A stretch of 64,000 nucleotides of DNA from Vicugna vicugna (lineage: Eukaryota): NCBI GenBank assembly GCA_013265495.1, contig MU058213.1:3906001-3970000 (forward strand), written 5' to 3'. The notes below the pieces were generated by a model. It had not been told where the DNA came from and made no database searches. It saw nothing but the letters and a program-made list of their open reading frames with translations. The translations under genes were made by a program, and so were the position numbers. Position 1 is the stretch's first letter; the number at the start of each line of letters is the position of its first letter. This document shows, in pieces, positions 37,601 to 47,895 of the stretch.

Positions 37601-39387
37601 TACACATATATTCATTTTCATATTCTTTTTATTAAAGGCTATTGCAAGATAATGAATATAATTCCCTGTGCTATACAGAAAATTTTTAATCTATTTTTAT
37701 ATATAGTGGTTAACATTTGCTGATCTAAAAAAGCTATTCTTAAATTTTTGTCTTTAGAATTTTATGAAAAGCAACAGGATTACTAATGTGAACAAAACTG
37801 TGGAAGTCAGTAATTATGGATTTCATATTTATGAAAAAACCTGAGAGCATACTCTGTTCCAGGTAATATTCTAAGGGCTTTGCTTGTTTAAATTCATTAA
37901 TTATCGAAACAATCCTATGAAGTAGGTACTATTATTATTCCTGTTTTATAGATGAGACAGAGAAAGTAAGAGCAACTTACCCAAAGTTCCACAGATAACA
38001 TACAGCAGTGCTAGAATTCAAAGACACACAGTCTAGCTCCAATACCCCATTCCTCTACCACTACACTGGGCTGACTCACACTGAGGCATCATCCGCCTGA
38101 TGCTGTTGTCTATCTACTCAATTCCAGTATTAACGGTTGGCTTTCACTATTTCCAGAGAGAAAATGAAGAAAATGACGACATAAAAATGAATGATAAAAT
38201 TTACCTTTTGAATGGCCTCTTCCATATCCAACTCAAACTGTTCATTTTGTAATAATCTGAGGAGCCTTTTGCGTTCAGCACGGTCAGCATTCTCATTCTG
38301 CACCCTTTGGTCCCGGATTTGATTCTGTAGCTTTTGTAGTGCCTCGATATGCAATTTTCTGCAGTCGTTTACATCTACTAATTTCTGGTGCCTTTCACTG
38401 AAGCTCAAAGTTCTTCTGTTGGAAGCCTATGAAAGAAAGAAGGGAAGGAAGAGAAGGGAAGAGAGCGGGAAGAAGGAAGAAAAAGAAAGAAAGAGGAAAG
38501 GAGAGAAAGGGAAGGAAAAGAAAGGAAAGGAGGAAGGAAGAAAAAAAGAGAAAGGGGGGGGAGAGAAAGCGAAAGGGAGAAAGAACAAAGAAAGATTAGT
38601 TTGCTTTGGTATTCCAGGATCTAATTTTTTTTAAATATGTTGATGGAGCACCAGAAACAAATGAAACAAAGATAGCTAACAGTAAGAAACGAAAGGCTTT
38701 TGGTTTCCTTCCTAAATTCATAGAAATATATCATAATTTAAAAAACTGAATGTGGTAGATAAATACATGATATATCAATAAAGATATACCAATGAAGCAG
38801 GTAGTATTAGTGTTCTCCAACTTAACAGGCATGAAAAGTTAAAGCAACGACCCAAGTTTCCTCAGCTATCAAACAGCTGCATTAGGATTCAAAGACGTGC
38901 AGCTGAGCTGTATAGAACTAGCTCTTTACCGCTACGCAGGGAATGCCTCTTTACCCCCTGTCCCGCTTCCCGCTTGGCCATACAGTGCTGTTTCGACGCT
39001 GCTCACGTTTTTCTAATACAGAATTAACAACAGGTCAGCCAGCTGCTATTTATTCATCCGCGCTCTCCTGGACTTTCACTTCCACTCGTTTGTTCCGCGG
39101 CTCTTACACATTTCCCAAATTTCCAGCAACATGGAAAACAAAATTTTCACCAAGCACATCCAACACAGTGGGGGGAATGCAAAAAGAAAGAAAGAAAGAA
39201 AAAAAAGCTGGAAGACGCCACTGAGCGTCCCTTAAATAATAGCTCCTGAGGCTTCTAAAAGCAAATACGAGTTTCCCACTTAATTCTCAAATTAGCCACT
39301 TCAAATCCTGCTTTAGAAGCAGCTGGTTCTAAACTACAACGAAATCAACAAACGAGTATTTTTCGAGACCCCCGTCAGGCTCACCAT
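4572..39387 (-). CDS. MNS1: MNS1, spliced CDS, exons 1-7 (partial; 3' exons lie outside the window to the left)
   Basis: Exons join in frame to [19 protein letters not shown]...[108 protein letters not shown]...[14 protein letters not shown]...[40 protein letters not shown], which I recognise as mammalian MNS1 (coiled-coil protein). Exon lengths 3+222+128+103+230+217+108 = 1011 nt with compatible phases and GT-AG boundaries. Confidence 0.97.
4779..4995 (-). CDS. MNS1: MNS1 exon 6 (217 nt)
   Basis: Acceptor tattag|G, donor ATG|gtagta; (L)[19 protein letters not shown]...QLQNM. Confidence 0.95.
5555..5784 (-). CDS. MNS1: MNS1 exon 5 (230 nt)
   Basis: Acceptor taatag|AAA, donor TT|gtaagt; [21 protein letters not shown]...KIYEEDQ. 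Confidence 0.96.
8209..8311 (-). CDS. MNS1: MNS1 exon 4 (103 nt)
   Basis: Acceptor aaacag|T, donor ATG|gtaatt; (S)[34 protein letters not shown]. Not in the supplied ORF track; read manually. Confidence 0.96.
8864..13471 (+). mobile_element. Young 5'-truncated L1 (ORF1 tail, inter-ORF spacer, disrupted ORF2, 3' UTR), antisense to MNS1
   Basis: Direct repeat ttaaaaaatggggattggcctaa at 8841-8863 and 13470-13492; ORF2 fragments ([25 protein letters not shown]); RT YADD site degraded to stop-A-D-N near 11418-11429. Confidence 0.95.
14047..14194. other. Assembly gap (148 N)
   Basis: Run of N. Confidence 1.
14250..16860 (-). mobile_element. Old L1M fragments (reverse orientation)
   Basis: T-rich degenerate reverse-complement L1 ORF2 sequence. 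Boundaries approximate. Confidence 0.65.
17236..17779. mobile_element. MER21-like LTR
   Basis: ggagtcccctagaccatcc...gataattcactaggtggactcacaggactcagcttatagtcatactca resembles MER21; ends gttaactctttcctgcaca. Confidence 0.65.
18723..25895 (+). mobile_element. Full-length, inactivated young L1 (GC-rich 5' UTR, internally deleted ORF1, ~405-bp inter-ORF spacer, frameshifted ORF2, 3' UTR, A tail)
   Basis: TSD gagactaatcttg at 18710-18722 and 25900-25912; starts gggcggaggccaagat; ORF1 stop at 21002; ORF2 ATG at 21408; LYADD retained in ORF 23420-24727. Confidence 0.95.
24695..25103 (+). mobile_element. Solo LTR (409 bp) inserted in L1 ORF2
   Basis: Begins TGTTGG, ends CTGACA, flanked by ATCAC at 24690-24694 and 25104-25108. 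Removing it and one repeat restores L1 atgaggtatcacctcacaccagtc. TATATAA at 25010-25016, AATAAA at 25030-25035. Confidence 0.9.
28217..28344 (-). CDS. MNS1: MNS1 exon 3 (128 nt)
   Basis: Acceptor ttttag|GCT, donor AG|gtatct; [24 protein letters not shown]...LREN. Confidence 0.96.
29135..34550. mobile_element. Mosaic of old L1M 3'-end fragments in both orientations
   Basis: Recurrent L1 3'-end motifs (gaatggataaacaaattgtg, atgaatctcaagagcatt, reverse ttcacttagtaat). Boundaries approximate. Confidence 0.7.
30010..32500. repeat. Head-to-tail tandem duplication, copies 30010-31250 and 31251-32500
   Basis: Near-identical sequence with 1250-bp period; identical ORFs are repeated in the ORF track (30176/31426, 30193/31443, 31010/32260). 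Confidence 0.97.
34560..34993 (+). mobile_element. MLT1-type MaLR LTR
   Basis: Typical 3' end aataaatgggcgttgttttaagccactaagtttgtggtaatttgttacacagcaacagaaaa. Confidence 0.85.
35500..35953 (-). mobile_element. MLT2-type ERVL LTR
   Basis: ggttttccagagaaa ... aaatatctgggcacctcatagcccagtcaagttgacacataaaatcaaccacca. Confidence 0.8.
37515..37726 (-). mobile_element. Short L1 3'-end insertion
   Basis: Poly-T followed by reverse complement of an L1 3' UTR similar to that at 13260-13450; direct repeat aaaaaagct at 37506-37514 and 37727-37735. Confidence 0.75.
37830..38065. mobile_element. MIR SINE
   Basis: MIR core acaatcctatgaagtaggtactattattattcctgttttatagatgag...aacttacccaaagt. Confidence 0.75.
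38205..38426 (-). CDS. MNS1: MNS1 exon 2 (222 nt)
   Basis: Acceptor ttcatag|GCT, donor AAG|gtaaat; [15 protein letters not shown]...EEAIQK. Confidence 0.96.
38431..38595. repeat. Polypurine/polypyrimidine low-complexity tract (165 nt) abutting the exon 2 acceptor
   Basis: Plus strand is G/A with three C and no T. Confidence 0.95.
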
Positions 39388-39965
39388 CTCGGCAGACGAA
39401 AACTCTCCTCTCGCTCCCGCGGCCACCAGCTGCCTCCGCAAGGCGAGCCCCGCGCCGCTCTCCCGTGTTTATGCGATTTCCCGGCAACCGCCTCCGCGGC
39501 GTCGCGGCGTCCGAACGCGGCCGGCCCGCGAAGGCCGCCACCTCCCATTGGGCGAAGCTCTAGCCAACCGGCGTTGAGCTTCCTGGGAGGCTGGCAGGGA
39601 GGCTACTTCCATAGGGCTACAGCGGACAGGCGGGAAGTCCGGATCTTCTGCCCAGGTGCAAGCCCTTAGCAGTTTGTTAGGAGCCCAAGATCTCCCTCAA
39701 GCGGCTAACTGTGGGTTTGGTGGAGTTGGGATCCAAGTTGAGATGTGGAAACTGTTTACAGAGAAATACGCCAACTCCTGCCTAAGACATAGGGCCAAAG
39801 TCACTGTCCACGCGCAGGACATACTGCAGCCTCAGTGCCTGTTCTGCCAGGGTTGCTGACCGCCTTCGTCCGCAGCAGTGGGAGACACGTCCACGGTCTC
39901 TCTGGCTGAGTAACTGCACTGTGGGTAGCGCGTGCTTTCTGGAGACTTCTCGCCCCCTCCACCGA
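39360..39965 (-). promoter_or_regulatory. CpG island / MNS1 promoter and 5' UTR
   Basis: Dense CpG and high GC against an AT-rich background, surrounding exon 1; CCAAT (ATTGG at 39547-39551), X-box-like site 39475-39488, GGCGGGAA at 39629-39636. Confidence 0.85.
39385..39387 (-). CDS. MNS1: MNS1 exon 1 coding part (ATG only)
   Basis: Minus strand reads GCCGAG ATG|GTGAGC inside the CpG island; phase 0 joins exon 2. Confidence 0.88.
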
Positions 39966-40314
39966 AGCTATTGGCAGATGTGAGGAATAAAATATATGGG
40001 TCACATGGGTCTTATTTTGCTATGTAATACATGGCCCAGGTACTAACAAGAGAACAGATGATGGCCAAATGTTGGTCAGGTTTATTTTATTGGCAGGTTA
40101 GACACTGATGTCCGTTTTAAGTGGAAGAATTTAAGAACAGGAATGGCTCAGAGAAATTAGTCAAATATGTTGATTTTAGAGATGACATTTAGAAAAAAAC
40201 CTGTCAAAACTTAAAAAAATTATTTTAAGGTAATGCGCATGAGAACTTGGTTTGTGCTATCTAATTTAAAGTCCATCTTGCATAGCAATATGTCTGCTTA
40301 AAGATTAATAACAA

Positions 40315-41615
40315 GTAGGACTTCTGATATCAACTCCAAAATACAAAATGCTTGGAGGTTATCACTTCCATCCTTACTACCAGAAAAAGCTGGAAAAACT
40401 AGAAACTAATGACTTTTCTTGCATTCATCATAGAACTGAGGTCACAGGGCAACCCAACACCCTGAAATCTGGAGAGAGGTAAATCCAGAGTCACAGTCAA
40501 GACCTGCTTACCTGGAGCAGAAGCCCCTGAAGCCATCAATTAGGAATAATGAAACGGTAGTTTTGATTGATTGCTGGAGACTGGGTGTGGACTCGCATCA
40601 ATGTAACCAGTGGAGACTGCAGGGCTAGGGAGGCCCCTACACTTTGTGGGTTTTTGCCTCCAGGAATCTCAGCAGATTCTCACAGTGAAAAAACAAGAAA
40701 GATCTGTGGCCCTGGCAGGGCGTTGAGAAGAATCATTGTGAAATACGCCCAGAGCCTTCTCCATAATAAAGGCCTGCTTTCCTGAGGAAAAGATTTTACC
40801 AGGGCCTTAGCCTTATCACACCTGGGGCAAGGACGGTTCTCTGCCTAAAGCCTCCTCCAGCCGTCCTGACTCATCTAAGTGGAGAGAGGGGATCTGAGAA
40901 ATACTTGTGTAGGTTACAGTCCAAGGAAACAGCTCGACTAACAGTTTTAATCATAAAATCATAGAACACTTCCCCTTTCCCACACTTTCCCAACACACCA
41001 ACAGTACTCTAGTATAATAACAGGTAGTTACAGCTGGAAGTGCTTCAAAACACAACCCTTCACAAGGAATTCTTAGGGAATCCAAAGACAACAGGAGACA
41101 AAAACATTAGAAGAATCTGAAGTCTCTGGAGCTACAACAAACATTAAATACAGCCCAACTCCTAGGCATATAATTACAAAACCTCTCTCACTGAAGCACT
41201 GTTAACCTCAGTTTGTTACCCAATATACCATGCCCAGCTTTCAAAAACAAATTAAAAGGCTAAAGGCAAATTGTTGAGAGGCAAGGGAAAACACAGTCTG
41301 AAAGGCAAAGAAAGCATCACAACTAGATTCAGCTATCACACAGATTTGGGATTACACAGGCATTTAAAATAACTATGGTTAATATGCTGAGGGATCTGAT
41401 GGAAAATATGGACAACATACAAGAACAGATGTGTAATGTAAGCAGAGAAATGGAAACTCTAAGAATCCAGAGGAAATTCTAGAAATCAAAAACACTGTAA
41501 CAAATGAAGAATGCCTTTGATAGGCGTATCAGTAGGCTGGACACCACTGAAGGGAGAATCGGTGAGCTTAAAGATATGTCAATAGAAACCTTCCAAACTG
41601 AAATGCAAAGAGATT
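40315..41615 (+). mobile_element. Old L1M 5' region / ORF1 remnant
   Basis: gaagaatgcctttgataggcgtatcagtaggctggacaccactgaagggagaatcggtgagct is ORF1 coiled-coil-like sequence. Confidence 0.7.
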
Positions 41616-41695
41616 AATAGCAAATAGATAACGCTAATGAGTTTTTAGACCTCACCTTAGATTCACGTTGTTCTCCAATATTAGAAGAGGACTTG

Positions 41696-41700
<5 letters not shown>

Positions 41701-41742
<42 letters not shown>
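41701..41742. repeat. (GT)n microsatellite, one interruption
   Basis: Direct read. Confidence 0.98.
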
Positions 41743-42159
41743 AGGGGAAATACTTTCAATGTTTCTGTCTTTTGGGAGTCTTATAAAGCTAGTAACTACA
41801 AAAGTAAAATTGACTACAGGATGTGTGCAGTACAAAATATTTTGTAACCAGGTTGCAACTATTATTTGCATTTAATCCCCTGTTAGTCTAACAACTTCCA
41901 CAAGAACTCTACAAAAATCACGGCTCATGTATAGCTTAAGGTAGCCTCTAGTTAAACCTTGTTGGCTGGGCTGTTAGCAGACGTTTTTTTGTTGTTTTGA
42001 ACACTGATGTATCCCAAGCATTTAAAACAGTGTTTGGCATACAATAAGTGATAAATAAATATTTGTTAAAGAAATGATTGAAATTTTATGACTGTTATGC
42101 ACATAGGAGAAAGCTCAACCAGAAATAACTTTGAAGAAATGTTGTTCTTCATGAGTTAG

Positions 42160-44560
42160 AGTTTTATCAATTTTATTTATATTTTCAAAGAGTAAACTTT
42201 TGGTTTTATTCATTTTTTCTATTTTTTTAAATTTCCAAGTCCACTGTTTTCTGCCCTTACCATCATTATTTTCTTCTCTGTTTGCTTTGGGTTTAATTTG
42301 CTCTTCTTTTTATACTGCCATAAGGTGGAATCTTAAATCTTTATTTAAGACTATTCTTCTTTTCTTTTTTTTTTTAATTAATGGAGGTACTGGGGATTGA
42401 ACCCAGGACCTCGTGCTTGCTAAGCATGCATTCTACCACTGAGCTTTACCCATCCAAGACCATTCTTTTCAAATATAAATGTATAACTTATATTTCCCTC
42501 TAAGCCCTGCGTTAGCTGCCTTCCACAGATTTTGGTATGTTGTACATTCTGATTTGTTCAGTTCAAAATATTCAAAGACTTCATCTTTGCCTGTGAATTA
42601 GAAATGTTTTGTTAGATTTCCAAACAGTCAGATTGTCCAGGTATCTTTTTTGTTGTTGTTGTTATTGATTTCTAGTTTAATTCCACTATGGTCAGAGACC
42701 ATACTATGTATGACTTCAAATCTTTTAAATTGGTTGAGATTTGTTTTATTGTGCAGAATATGGTCTGTGCTTGCGAATGTGTCATGTGTCCTTGAAAAGA
42801 GTATGTATTCTGGTGTTTTGGGTGAGGTGTTCTATAAATATCAATAACATCAAGTTGGTTGAGAATGCTGTTCAGGTATTCTATATCCTTAAACCATTTC
42901 TATCGATTTGCTTTATTAAATAAGTTACTGAGAGGAGTGTTGAGGTCATCAAGAACAACTGTGGATTTGCTTATTTCTCTTTTCTGTTCCTTTTTGCTGC
43001 ATGTGTTTTAAAGTTCTGTTGTTCTATTTAAGATTATTACTATGTCCTGAAAACATTTTGAAATGACCCTCTTTTTCCCTGGTGATATTCTTTGGTCTGA
43101 AGTCTTTTTGATATTAATGCAGGCACTCCAGCTTTCATTTATCTAGTGTTTACATAATATACCTTTCTTCATGCTTTTATTTTTAATCTGTCTTTATATT
43201 TAAAATGGTTTTCCCATAGATAGCATACAGTTGGATGGTGCTTTTTTATTTAACTTGACAATCTCCATCCTTGAATTGGTCTGTTTATGCCATTTACATT
43301 TACATATTGTTATTGATATGTATGGATTGAAATCTACCATTTTGCAAATTTTTAAATATTTGTTGCATCTGTTATTTACTTTCTCTTCTTTTTCTTTCTT
43401 CTTTTAGGTTATTTTGTGGTTCCCTTTTATTTTCACTATGAGCTTATCATTTATACTTATTTATTTTTATAGTGATTGCCCTAAGAGTCACAATATACAT
43501 TTAAATATACAAATACTTTATTTCTGCCTCATTTGTTGTGTGTAAACCTTACAACAGTTTAATTTTAATTCCTCCACTCCATCTTTTGTGCTATTGTTAA
43601 CCATACGTTTTACTTTTACATAGATAAGTCTACAATATACAGGTTTCCACATATGTTAGATTGTTTGATATTGTCTCAAAGCTCTCAAATGCTCTGTTTT
43701 TCCCCTCCTCTGATTTTTCTCTGTTTGTGTTTCAGTAGGAGTAATTTTTATTGCTACATCTTCAAATTTACTCACTCTTTCTTCAGCTGTGTCAAGCCTT
43801 CTGATGAGCCTGTCAAAGGCTTTCTTCATAGTCATCACTATATGGTTTTATCTAATGCTTCCATTAACTCTTTCTTGTAGCTTCCATCTTCTCAGCTAAA
43901 AAAACCCATCTTTTCACATATACTGTCTACCTTTTCCATTACAGACTTTAATATATTCATTACAGTACTTTCATTTTTCTGATAGTTTCACCATCTGGGC
44001 CATGAGTTCTAGTCTGTTAATTGCTTCATCTTTATACACTTTTTACAATTTTTTTTCTATTTTTTGTGTGTGGGAGGGGGGGTCACATACTTTTTGACTG
44101 AATGCCAGACATCATGTTTTAAGACAGCAGAGACTGAGGTAAATCATATTTATGTCTGGAAATAAGCACACGTATTCTCCTACAATTAGTGTAGGAGGTT
44201 GGGTCCATATAGTCAGAAGCTGAACATGATCTGAACTTTGTGTTGCTAACTGTGCTTACATGCACCACCATCTTCACCTGTGTCTAGTGTTATCTTGTGC
44301 TTATGTGGGGGTTGGTTTTCCAGACAGCTTTTCTCAATGTTGCTGACTCACCCTTAGCTTTTGGCCTTCCCTGTGTCCCTGCGCGTCCCAGTGGCTCTCT
44401 CCAAACTCTGCCTCCTCCCCAAGCAGTAGACTACTGTTTTCATTGTTCTTGCTTGCTATCCAGGTGGTGAGAGGGTGAGGTGTTCTCCGTCACCCTGGAC
44501 CAGGCTCAGCATTTTAGACAGGTCCTGACACACTAGGGCTCTGGTTTAGGGGTCTCATGT
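42160..44560 (-). mobile_element. Old L1M (ORF2 start, ORF1, 5' region) in reverse orientation
   Basis: Minus ORF 43656-43838 KKAFDRLIRRLDTAEERVSKFED is ORF1p-like; flanking reverse endonuclease-region sequence. Confidence 0.7.
42359..42455 (-). mobile_element. tRNA-derived SINE (Vic-1-like, camelid)
   Basis: ggaggtactggggattgaacccaggacctcgtgcttgctaagcatgcattctaccactgagct (A and B boxes on minus strand), poly-T tail, TSD aagac(t/c)attctt at 42347-42358 and 42456-42467. Confidence 0.88.
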
Positions 44561-44699
44561 ATTGGAAAAGCTTTTCTTAATGGTAAGTATTCACTCTTTT
44601 CTTCAGGCCTTTAAATAAAGTCTAAAATCCTCAACCTGACCTATAAAGGCTTGTATGTCTACCCTCTCCAGCTTTCTTCTTCAAACTTTGGCCAAAATG

Positions 44700-45010
44700 G
44701 ACTTCTCTGAGCTCTGCCCTATCATAGGGCCGTTGTAAGTGTGGGTCTCTGCCCTTAATAAGAGCATGGGATGACTGCAACTCCACCAGCTGTCTTGCTG
44801 ATGAGATAACACATGCCCTGGATAGCAGAGCAGAAAAATGGAAGGAGCCTTGGTTCTCTGTGACCATAGAGCTGCCACATGAGCCCTGGGCTGCCTAACT
44901 CATGACCTCATGCCAGCTGGAAGAAAATTAAACTAACTCGTCTAAGCTCCTGTGTCCTCTCCTTCACCCGGGATTCTATTACAGTTAGCCAAATGCAGTT
45001 CGTAACTGCT
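44700..45010 (+). mobile_element. Old MaLR (MLT1-type) LTR fragment
   Basis: gatagcagagcagaaaaatggaaggagccttggttctctgtgacc...ctattacagttagccaaatgc. Confidence 0.55.
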
Positions 45011-46480
45011 ACAACCACTACCTCTGTTTAATCTCACGGGTGAAAATGATAAAGAACAATAAAACCTTTTGCTACATTAACTGCCTTTTTAAATCAATGT
45101 TTGATTTTAGAAAGTATTAGTAGGTAGAGTGGAAAACCTCCAATTTCCTTTCTCACATTTTCCCCTCTCCCTTCTTTATCTTCTAGAAGTGACTAGCCAG
45201 TTCCCTTCCTTGAATCCCTGCGATCTCAGAGTCTCGATCACAATTTTCGATTCTTGGTTTTGTTTTCCTAACATCCATGCAACATGTTTGTCTAGTAATT
45301 TGATAATGCCCAGAGTCATGGTATTTACAAATTGGATAAGCATGCCTTTTATATCTTCAAATATTTCATAGATAAAAATGTTGAATGACTGAGAGAACAC
45401 AGAATCCTGACATGCACCGCTAGAGTCTCTCTCCAGGTGGGACTCCATCAGCCAACTCTGATCATGATCACTCACCTATTTACCAATGCACCATTTTACT
45501 AATACATGACTGGTATGTCTATACCCTTCTATAAGAATTTACTGGGGGAATTCTCCAAAAAGACTTATCTAAAGCCTAGATACTTTATGATTTCTTCATT
45601 TCCTTATCTACCTAATTTAATCTAATTGATTGCTTAGCATCCAAATGACAAATTCTTTGGTTGCCTAGATAGATTCAGGTCAACATTATTTATCTGAAAT
45701 GCTCATAGACCAATGAATATAAATCTTTGAAACATTAACAGGGTACAAATCTGATCATTAAATGTTTAGATGCTTGATAAAAGTAAGCTGTAGCATATAC
45801 AATGGACTTCGAAATCACAATAGTATGCTAGTTTTTGCAAGGAAATATTTATAACTTTAACACTACTCATTAATCAACTATACAAAGTATTTTACTCATA
45901 AATACATGGATTATCTGTTTTATCACACAGTTAAATATATCAATACTATTTGCTTCTTAAAACATGCAATTAATATTTCAGAACTCCAAACACAGCAGTA
46001 ATTTAATTGTCTAAACTTACCAAAATGTGGCTAGCACAGAGCCCTGAACATAGTATAGCTTAATAAATATATACTGAAGGATTAACAATATATTTAGAAT
46101 GCAGTGATTTGAGTATTAGAATGATCAGAAGGGTGATTCAGATGAGGAATCTAATTTGTAATAGAAGGGGAAGCACTGCTTTATACAAATAAACTAAGGG
46201 GAAACCATGAAGGTGATCAGAAATTATGAGAGACTAAAAGAAGGATTTGTGGAATGGTTGTCATGCTTTTAATCACAATAGGATTCTGACCAAGTAGAAT
46301 TCAAACTCTCAGTCCTAGAATATTCACACTGCACTCCCAGTTGCCCTGGCAATGGGAGCTCCACCTTAAGATAATGGCATTATAATAAGAACAGAGTGTA
46401 CTAATGAATAAACAGTGATTAAATGCCAAGTTAAAACATGCAACATTCACCTTGAAGGAAATTCTGTGAAAAGGTATATA

Positions 46481-46700
46481 CAGTTGACCCTTGAACAATA
46501 AGGGTTTGAACTGCAAAGGTCCACATACACAGGGATTTTTTTCAATAAATATACACAACACCACAGGATCACTGGTTGGTTGAATCTGCGGACGCAGACC
46601 CATGGATACTGAGGGCCTGGATAGGACTTGGGCATCTGTGGATTTTGGTATCCAGGGCAGATCCTGGAACCAACTCCCTGCAGATACCCAAGAACCACTG
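46481..46700 (+). mobile_element. MER8/Tigger2-derived MITE
   Basis: TA|cagttgacccttgaacaataagggtttgaactgc ... gcagatacccaagaaccactg|TA. Confidence 0.85.
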
Positions 46701-47354
46701 TAGTGGTGGCAAAGACTGAGACCGTGAGAAAAAGAATACAAAGCATGAATAAAAAGCTTCACTTGAGCTGTAAGAGAGTCTGGGAGCTGCAAACCTTTTG
46801 CTCTTGTCTCTGTCCTTGGGTCACTGATCACATAACTGCATATGAACATTACCTCTGCTGCGCTACTCATGAGCAATACTGTCTGAGAGGAACAGAGAGA
46901 AGGTTGCCCTCTTGGTGTTATGTATAAATTGAACTCAGATGAAGCCTGCTGCAGATTTCTTGATACAACCACCTTCCCAAAGGGTTAGGCTCCTTGCAGT
47001 GAGAGGAAGAGATGAGGACCAGTTCAGGATATAACACGTTCAATAGTGGGGAATTTGTTAATTCCTAATAGTGAAATGTCATGCAGCATTGCAAAGCATC
47101 TTAGCAAACAAGAATGCTTTTCAGTACTTCTCACTTCTCTAACTGAGAACCTCTGGCTCTAAAAGGAATTTTAGTTATAGTTCCTTGTGTCCAGTCCACA
47201 TATGGGTAGTATAGAAAGATTCTACAATAAGGTATGCAATTTAAAAGGGAGTCTGTCAGAGAAAAAGATTTTTGACCTGAATGTTCATCTAAAGCAAAGT
47301 CATATTTAATCGATTGTAATAATTAGCTGCTTTTACCTGAAGAAAATTACCCTA

Positions 47355-47895
47355 TTTTTTTAATAAATAGACTTTGCTTTTTAGAGCAGTTCTAGGTTTA
47401 TAGAAAAATTAATAGAATACAGAGTTCCCATATGTCTCCTCTTCCCTCCACACCCACATAGTTTCCATTGTCATTAGCACCATACACTTGTTACAATTGA
47501 TGAACCAATACTGATACATTATTCATTAAGGTCCATAGTTTACATCAGAGGTCACTCTTTGTTTTGCACAGGTCTACATGGGTTTTGACAAGTGCATAAT
47601 GACATGTATCCACCATTACAGTATCATACAGAATAGTTTCCCTGCTCTAAAATCCCCTGTGAGTTACCTATTTATTCCTCCCTCCTTCAAACCAAACCCC
47701 TGGAAGCCACTAATCTGACTACTGTCTCTATGGTTTGCCTTCTCCAGAATGTTATATAGTTGGAGTCATACAGTATGTTGCCTTTTCAGACAGACTTCTT
47801 TCACTTAGTGATAGGCATTTAAGTGTCCTCCATGTCTTTTCATGGCTTGATAGCTCATTTATTTTTATCACCAAATAATATGCTATTGTATGGCT
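47355..47895 (-). mobile_element. Old L1MC/MD-like 3' end
   Basis: Similar to 29815-30440 (aatagacttt...agagcagtt..aggttta; catggcttgatagctcattt). Confidence 0.75.

Noticed and set aside
38419..38634. K/E/R/G-rich 71-aa ORF on + strand
   Set aside because: Translation of the polypurine tract.
42359..42455. tRNA-like sequence (also at 49586 and 57712)
   Set aside because: A-rich tails, TSDs on two of the copies and no complete cloverleaf indicate SINEs, not tRNA genes.
40315..44560. Oppositely oriented L1 ORF1 remnants upstream of the promoter as a possible hairpin
   Set aside because: Copies are old and visibly diverged; such arrangements are common.
46301..46972. 223-aa minus-strand ORF
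   Set aside because: Runs through a Tigger2/MER8 MITE, has a non-ATG start and no recognisable domain.
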